64,000 bases of DNA, taken from positions 77,872,001 to 77,936,000 of the forward strand of contig OX597817.1 of the NCBI GenBank assembly GCA_951406725.2, written 5' to 3'. Made by a program: the position numbers and the translations under genes. Shown here piece after piece: positions 57,149-64,000 of the stretch. Within the stretch, counting starts at the first letter, position 1; each line of letters begins with the position of its first letter. A model generated the notes under the pieces. It saw only the letters and a list, made by a program, of their open reading frames with translations. It had not been told where the DNA came from and made no database searches. Origin of the DNA: Octopus vulgaris. Its lineage: Eukaryota.

Positions 57149-57709
57149 CAAATTTTATGTGCAACATGAAATACAACTTAAGGTTCTGAAAATAAAGTTG
57201 TTGAGTGAAATGGCACAATTTGCATCTTGGAAAGATTAAGACATCGTAAAACATGAAGTCGTTTCCTACACTCTTGGTAAACTATGTATTTAATGAGCTA
57301 GCAAGGAAACTGCTACATGATAGCTTGACTTGCTAAAAATAACTACCAAACCTCCAAAACCACACTGTACTATATCAAAAAAACAAAGGAAGGACACATT
57401 AGGTATTGTAGTCCTAGATATATTATGCCTATAAGAAAAGACATGTTGGTCCTTTGATCATAAATCAGCTTGATAGGGACAATCCAGGGGACGAAAAAAC
57501 AGCAGCAATATCTACAAATTTAGCTCTCATGTGTCCTTAACTAAAAACTGAATAACATTCAATGTCAAGAAATTGAACCTGCATGCTCAAGTTTCTAATA
57601 CTTGTTGATACACTCCAAAGGAGTTTTCATTTGTATTTTAAGGGGGTTTATGGCTTTCTTGATATTATACAATTCCTAATGATTTAATTTTTGTAGGTGC
57701 AGTTGTGGA

Positions 57710-58200
57710 CATGGGTGCAGGTATGGCTGTGTGGTAAGAAGTTTGCTTCATAACCACATGGTTCTGGGTTCAGTCTTGCTGCATGGCATCCAAAACAAGT
57801 ATCTTCTACTATAGTCCCAGGCAGACCAAAACCTAGTGAGTAGAATTGGTAAATGGAAACTGAAAGGAACCTGCTGTGTATTTGCGTGCATGCGTGTGTG
57901 TGCGTGTGTGTGAGTACCTGTGAATGTGTATACATGTATTTTTATGTATCTGTGTGTATCCTTGTGTTTGTCCCCCACTCCACTGCTCGCCATCACCACC
58001 TCTTGACAACCAGTATGGGTTTGTTTACATTTCTGTATCTTAGCTGTTTGGTAAAAAGTAACAAATAGAATAAGTACCAGGTTTTAAAAAAAACATAAAT
58101 GAATACTGAGGTTGATTAATTCAATTGAAACCCTTCGAGGTTGTGCTCAAGCATGGCCACAGTTCAATGAGCAAAACAAGTAAAAGATAAAAGATAAAAG
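57710..58200 (+). mobile_element. SINE family A, diverged full length
   Basis: Head, internal TG-rich segment and tail all present. Confidence 0.8.
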
Positions 58201-58853
58201 CAAAAAAAAATATGTGCCATCACGTGTATGGCACCAGTTTTGCACAATCAAATTCTTAAGTCATCCACAATGCAATATGTCATCTAATAATATCCATAGA
58301 ACACTAGATTTTTTTGTTTCTACTATTCACACAAAATACCATAAAACCAGGTGCATTCTTCGAATAGGATTTTTGTCAGCAATTTCTGGTGATGAACTTT
58401 GACACATCTAAATTTGTACCAGGCTCCAAAACTGACTACCGTCTGACTGTGTCAATAAGACAAAGGGTCATGTCGTGGAAAGAATCCACACACCCACATA
58501 TACATATATAAATACACACATACATACACACATATACGTATATGATTATATATGTATGTATGACATGCAAGGCTGACACAAATTCATGAAGCATTCCATA
58601 TTTTTCTACCAAGGATGTGCTCCAGCATGGCCACAGTCAAATGACTGAAACAAGTAAAAGAATAAAATAATATATATATATGTGTGTGTGTGTGTGCATA
58701 TATATATATATATATTTAAATATATATATTTATATATGTATGTATATATATATGTATATACTCTCTCTCTCTTTTACTCTTTTATTTGTTTCAGTCATTT
58801 TGACTGCGGCCATGCTGGAGCACCGCCTTTAGTTGAGCAAATCGACCCTGGGA

Positions 58854-58909
<56 letters not shown>

Positions 58910-58978
58910 TATATACATATATATATATACATATATATGTATATATACATATATATATATACACACACATATATATAT

Positions 58979-59101
<123 letters not shown>

Positions 59102-59109
59102 GTTTATAT

Positions 59110-59325
59110 ACGTAGGTGCTGAAAAATTCCTGGCTTCCGGTAAAAGAAAATACAAGAGAAGCAGTTTATTATGATTTCGTTCAATATATTCCCTTCTCAG
59201 ATTCACTCACTTATTGCAACAGACTTTCAGTTTTCTAAGCCCCATAAAAAAAACTCAGAAGTTTGGGCCTTCAACCAGGATTTTTGTGGTACCCATAAAA
59301 CCAGGTACTTTTCAGCACTGCCTAT
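59110..59325. mobile_element. mariner-derived MITE in (TA)n
   Basis: gtgctgaaaaattcctgg ... ccaggtacttttcagcac inverted termini, TA flanks. Confidence 0.7.
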
Positions 59326-59339
59326 ATATATATATATAT

Positions 59340-59560
59340 ATCACAATCAAGGAACGGCCATAATAGGCCATTCACCCACTAGAAATAACAGCCAAAAGCT
59401 TCAACCGCAAAATAACATCAATTCCGTAAAGAGAAATTTCAGGGTAAATGTTTTTTAATTTTCTCCTGGTTTACGGAATTGATGTTATTTTGCGGTTGAA
59501 GCTTTTGGCTGTTATTTCTAGTGGGTGAATGGCCTATTATGGCCGTTCCTTGATTGTGAT
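59340..59560. repeat. Perfect 91-bp inverted repeat with 39-bp spacer
   Basis: 59340-59430 is the exact reverse complement of 59470-59560. Confidence 0.95.
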
Positions 59561-59862
59561 GTTGAACTTAAAAATGGTCTATGACTATTTAATTTTTTTC
59601 CCACTAGGCCGCTGGTGGCAAAAAAATTCTACAAAATTTTTTGCCACCCTATATTGATTTATTATATATATATATATATATATATACTTTTGATATATAT
59701 TTAAAATAATATAAATTAATTAATTTTATGTATTGGCTTATGTTTTTCATTATTTGATTTGCCTAATAGTGGTTTTATCTCTAATTTAATATAATATAAT
59801 ATAATATATTTTACTATAAAATTGGATTTAATCCTAAATCTGATGTTTCCCTGTAAGTTTGG

Positions 59863-59897
<35 letters not shown>

Positions 59898-60004
59898 TTG
59901 TTTCAGTCATTTGACTATGGCCATGCTGGCATACTTCCTTGGTAGAAAAATATGGAATGTTTCAGGAATTTGTGAGTCATCTTTGCATGCCATACATACA
60001 TACA

Positions 60005-60035
<31 letters not shown>

Positions 60036-60039
60036 GTAT

Positions 60040-60437
60040 ATATTGGGTCATCCCATAAATAATGTGGATTTTTCAGTTGCATGAACTAAATGTCGGAGTT
60101 GGGGCAGGATAAACTACCTGCATAAACTTGCTATAAAAACAGGTAGTAATTTTACCTTGTACTTATTCTTAGTGCAAGTTTTGAAGAGTGCAGTTTGATT
60201 TTAACAGTTATTTTTCCAAAGCTATAATGGAAGTGACAAAAGAGCATATTCAGCATATTTTGCTTTATGAGTTCAGTGAAGGCAACAATGCAACAGAAAG
60301 TGAAAAGAATATTAATGCAGTATATGGGGATTGGACAATAAGTGTAGGCCAGAGGCAATGGTGGTTCCAGAAATTCTGAGCTGGAAATAACAGCCTAGAA
60401 GATGAGCCTTGTCCTGGAAGATCTGTGGAGCTCAACC
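60040..60437 (+). mobile_element. mariner transposon 5' fragment (TIR plus transposase N-terminal HTH, pseudogenised)
   Basis: TA-TTGGGTCATCCCATAAATAATG terminus; from 60227 MEVTKEHIQHILLYEFSEGNNATESEKNINAVYGDWTISVGQRQWWFQKF*AGNNSLEDEPCPGRS, resembling the mariner WFxxFRxGxxxLEDxPRxGRP motif. Confidence 0.88.
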
Positions 60438-60654
60438 TGAAAAAAATTTTAACTGGGCCCCACCTGCAACATCATGCACTGTTTATTTTGATATGAGATC
60501 ACCATGTTATGCACATGTGGTTGTGATGCACCGCATGCCTGGTGTTTCATTACCAGAGAAGTAGTCATGATTGGTATATTGGGCTTTGTACATTTGTACC
60601 CTAGTGTCACTTTGATGGCATGTATTGCTCTCTCACTCAATAATAATAATAATG

Positions 60655-60729
<75 letters not shown>

Positions 60730-60734
60730 TTAAT

Positions 60735-61145
60735 AACAAGAGCACTCAGTGAGCACAAACCTCTACCAAGGCAACACCAACATCCTCTCAACGATTAGCT
60801 GGAGGTGACTTTTAAAATGAGAATACCTGAACTAAACTTGACTGCTCTTACAAATGAGGATACTAAAAATGAACCCAAGCACTCTCAAACATTAAGTAAA
60901 GAAACCAGAAAAATAATCCGGAATCCTTGTCCAGTACTGGATCAATCTCAAAATCTAATCAGTTTGTGCCAGTCACAAGGCCAAACATCTCTGAAAATTT
61001 CATCTGAATCCATCCAGCGGTTCTTGAGATATCATGTCCATGGACAAACAAATAAACACAACGGAAAACAAGAGCACTCAGAGAGCACAAACCTCTGCCA
61101 AGGCAACACCAACATCCTCTCAACGATTAGCTGCTAAGGCAGAAA
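60735..61145 (-). mobile_element. HINE/Helentron-like element with duplicated terminus
   Basis: Homolog of 38530-38915; 60735-60801 repeated at 61067-61133. Confidence 0.68.
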
Positions 61146-61356
61146 TAATAATATTAATGAGGTAATGATGTCTTAATTCATATATTTTAATGCTCCAAAA
61201 ACTATACAGCTATTTCATGTTGCACAGAATATATTTGGTACAATATAAAATTTCTGTGCATTTTCCTTCTTTTATAACGTTTACTGCAATTCACCATATG
61301 CGAAAAAAAAATTTTGTGGAACCTTTACACTATATACATACATACAAATAATACAA

Positions 61357-61402
<46 letters not shown>

Positions 61403-61453
61403 ATCTATCTATCTATGTATGTATATATAAATATATATTTATATATATATATA

Positions 61454-61645
61454 GTTAATCCAAACATGAAAACATAAAGAGAAACCACCACAATGCAAGG
61501 ACGTGGAACAAGTATAGTGTTATTGGACACTCAGGAAAGGAAAGAAAGAAGGAGGATTTAACTTTTCGAGCGGAGCTCTTCGTCAGAAACATAAAAAAAG
61601 GAAAAGTCCAAGGAAGGGAAGACGGAGAAAGAAAATCGCCAATGA
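61454..61645 (-). mobile_element. Hammerhead-bearing repeat H1; motif at 61556-61590
   Basis: GTTT-CTGACGA-A-GAGC-TCC-GCTC-GAAA-AG-TT-AAAT; (TA)n on both sides. Confidence 0.75.
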
Positions 61646-61663
61646 GATATATATATATATTTA

Positions 61664-62043
61664 TAGGCACAGGAGTGGCTGTGTGGTAAGTAGCTTGCTT
61701 ACCAACCACATGGTTCAGTCTCACTGTATAGCACCTTGGGCAAGTGTTATCTACTATATCTTCAGTCCAACCAAAGCCTTGTGAGTGGATTTGATAGGCA
61801 AAAACTGAAAGAAACCTGTTGTGTGCATGTGTGTGTGTGTTTGTGTTTGACACCCTCCCCCCAATCGCTTGATAACCAATGCTGGTGTGTTTACGTTCCT
61901 GTAGCTTAGAAGTTCAGCAAAAGAGACCGATAGAATAAGTACTAGGCTCACAAAGAAAATGTCCTGGGGTCGATTTGTTCGGCTAAAGGCAGTGCTCCAG
62001 CATGGCTGCAGTCAAATGACTGAAACAATAAAAGAGTAAAAGA

Positions 62044-62045
<2 letters not shown>
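61664..62045 (+). mobile_element. SINE family A, full length
   Basis: Matches 28202-28592. Confidence 0.85.
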
Positions 62046-62083
<38 letters not shown>

Positions 62084-62925
62084 TCTTTTACTCTTTTAAT
62101 CTATTTTTTTGTATCTTTTTATTTGTCTTGCTCACTTACGTTCTGGTGTTTGCTAAATTTTCTTGAGTACATTTATTAGTGGTAAGACCATAGCAGATCT
62201 ACTTCTAGCATAAGGATTGTCCACATAGTGGTCATCCCTCTCATATGTATGTAATACAATTTTCCGAATCTTCAGATTTTAATATGCTAGACCATTGGTT
62301 TTAAATTGATGTTAATCAAATTAATATCCAATTTTTCACCCTCATTTTAAATTTATATATATATACATATATATAAACACACACATATATATATAGCAAC
62401 CTAATATTCCTAAAGTATTGCCCAAGTGACTGAACTGGGACTAAACAACAATGACAGCAGCAACAATGATTGCTAAAGAAGCAGGTTAAACATTCCAAAG
62501 ATTCAAGCCCAACAGGTGTTTTCCAAGTCAAAACGTGATATAACACAACTAGATGTATATGTTTTTTGTATGTGACTATGTGTAGGTCTTGAATGATTGT
62601 ATGTGTGTGTGCAGATGTGTGAATATGTTTGTGTGCATGTGTGTGTGTTTGTGTGTGTTTGTGTGGGTGTGTGTACATATGAGTGTGTGTTGTGTCAGTG
62701 ACAGAGAGAAAAAGAGGAAGATGGAACTTATATATGTGTGTACATGGGTATGTGAATATATATGTATACATATATATTCATACATATATATGTATACATA
62801 TATATATACATATATATATATTTGTGTGTGAGTGTGTGTGTGTGTATTCCTGTAGGGATACATACATGCATACATATATAAATATGTGTGTGTGTGTATA
62901 TAAGTGTGTGTGTGTGTGTGTATAA

Positions 62926-63004
<79 letters not shown>

Positions 63005-63264
63005 AATTTAAAATAATAAGGGTGAAAAATCGAATATGATTAATCTATATTTTATTTCTTTTCATTTGTCTTGCTTGCTTACATTCTGGCACTTGCTAAA
63101 TTTTCTTGAGAACATACCTTTCTTAGTGGTAAGACCATAGCGGATCTACTTCCAGCATAATGGATGTCCACGTAGTGGTCATCCCTCTTAAATATGTGTG
63201 TATGTATATCATCATCATCATCATCATCGTTTAGCGTCCGTTTTCCATGCTAGCATGGGTTGGA

Positions 63265-63324
<60 letters not shown>

Positions 63325-63387
63325 TTACACATACATACATACATACATACATACATACATACATACATACATACATACATACATACA

Positions 63388-63421
<34 letters not shown>

Positions 63422-63422
63422 C

Positions 63423-63466
<44 letters not shown>

Positions 63467-63739
63467 GAACCACCATTCAACAATGAAATAACAATGATAT
63501 AATTAAATTATACCATATAGAAAAATAATTTAATATACGATAAAACATATAGCAATAATTTAGTAAAGTACAAAATAATAAATAAAAAGTATATAATTGA
63601 TAAAAGGTAATTCTTCTCTAATTTATATACATATATTATATATTGCGAAATTTAATTTAGTATTACTAAATTGAATTCTTTCCTGTAAGTTTGGAATAAT
63701 ATTCCCTAATATTATTATCAAATATATGTGTGTGTGTTG

Positions 63740-64000
63740 GGGCAAGCGAAATCGAAATCGAATTGAACCAGCCAGGATCCCTGGTCTGGTGGTACGTAAA
63801 AAGCACTATCCGACTCGTGGCCGATGCCAGTGCCGCCTCGACTGGCTTCCGTGCCGGTGGCACATAAAATACACCAATCCGACCATGGCCGTTGCCAACC
63901 TCGCCTGGCACCTGTGCAGGTGGCACGTAAAAAGCACCCACTACACTCACGGAGTGGTTGGCATTAGGAAGGGCATCCAGAGGTAGAAACATTGCCAGAT
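63740..64000 (+). mobile_element. Repeat family C, CpG-rich copy running off the window end
   Basis: gtgccggtggcac.taaaa units, then gagtggttggcattaggaagggcatccag. Confidence 0.8.

Overview
AT-rich, microsatellite-saturated eukaryotic non-coding DNA (intergenic or intronic). The SINE families and extreme (TA)n/(TATG)n/(CA)n/(TAA)n load suggest an octopus or other coleoid cephalopod genome; this is an inference from recalled repeat families. No complete host gene, CRISPR array, rRNA or intact tRNA is supportable, and nearly all listed ORFs are translations of simple repeats. Recognisable content: (i) four dispersed SINE-like families (A-D) in dozens of copies; (ii) a young Penelope-like element (PLE) fragment with an open C-terminal GIY-YIG endonuclease frame, inside two interleaved, essentially identical inverted duplications (2.1-4.9 kb); (iii) several R4/Dong-type fragments, mostly next to (TAA)n, and one CR1-type LINE 3' end; (iv) mariner, maT, piggyBac-like, Helitron and Helentron/HINE-like fragments. 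The strongest non-obvious signal is a set of about a dozen minimal type-I hammerhead ribozyme motifs (CUGANGA-N-stemII-GAAA-palindromic stem III-NUH, with covarying stem I). They are carried by at least five different short repeat families, mostly in (TA)n/(TAA)n runs and often as fold-back pairs, which suggests a diverse PLE-pLTR/retrozyme population. A few low-confidence splice-site-bounded exon candidates are noted. Repeat boundaries were read by eye and are approximate to about 10-20 bp unless stated.
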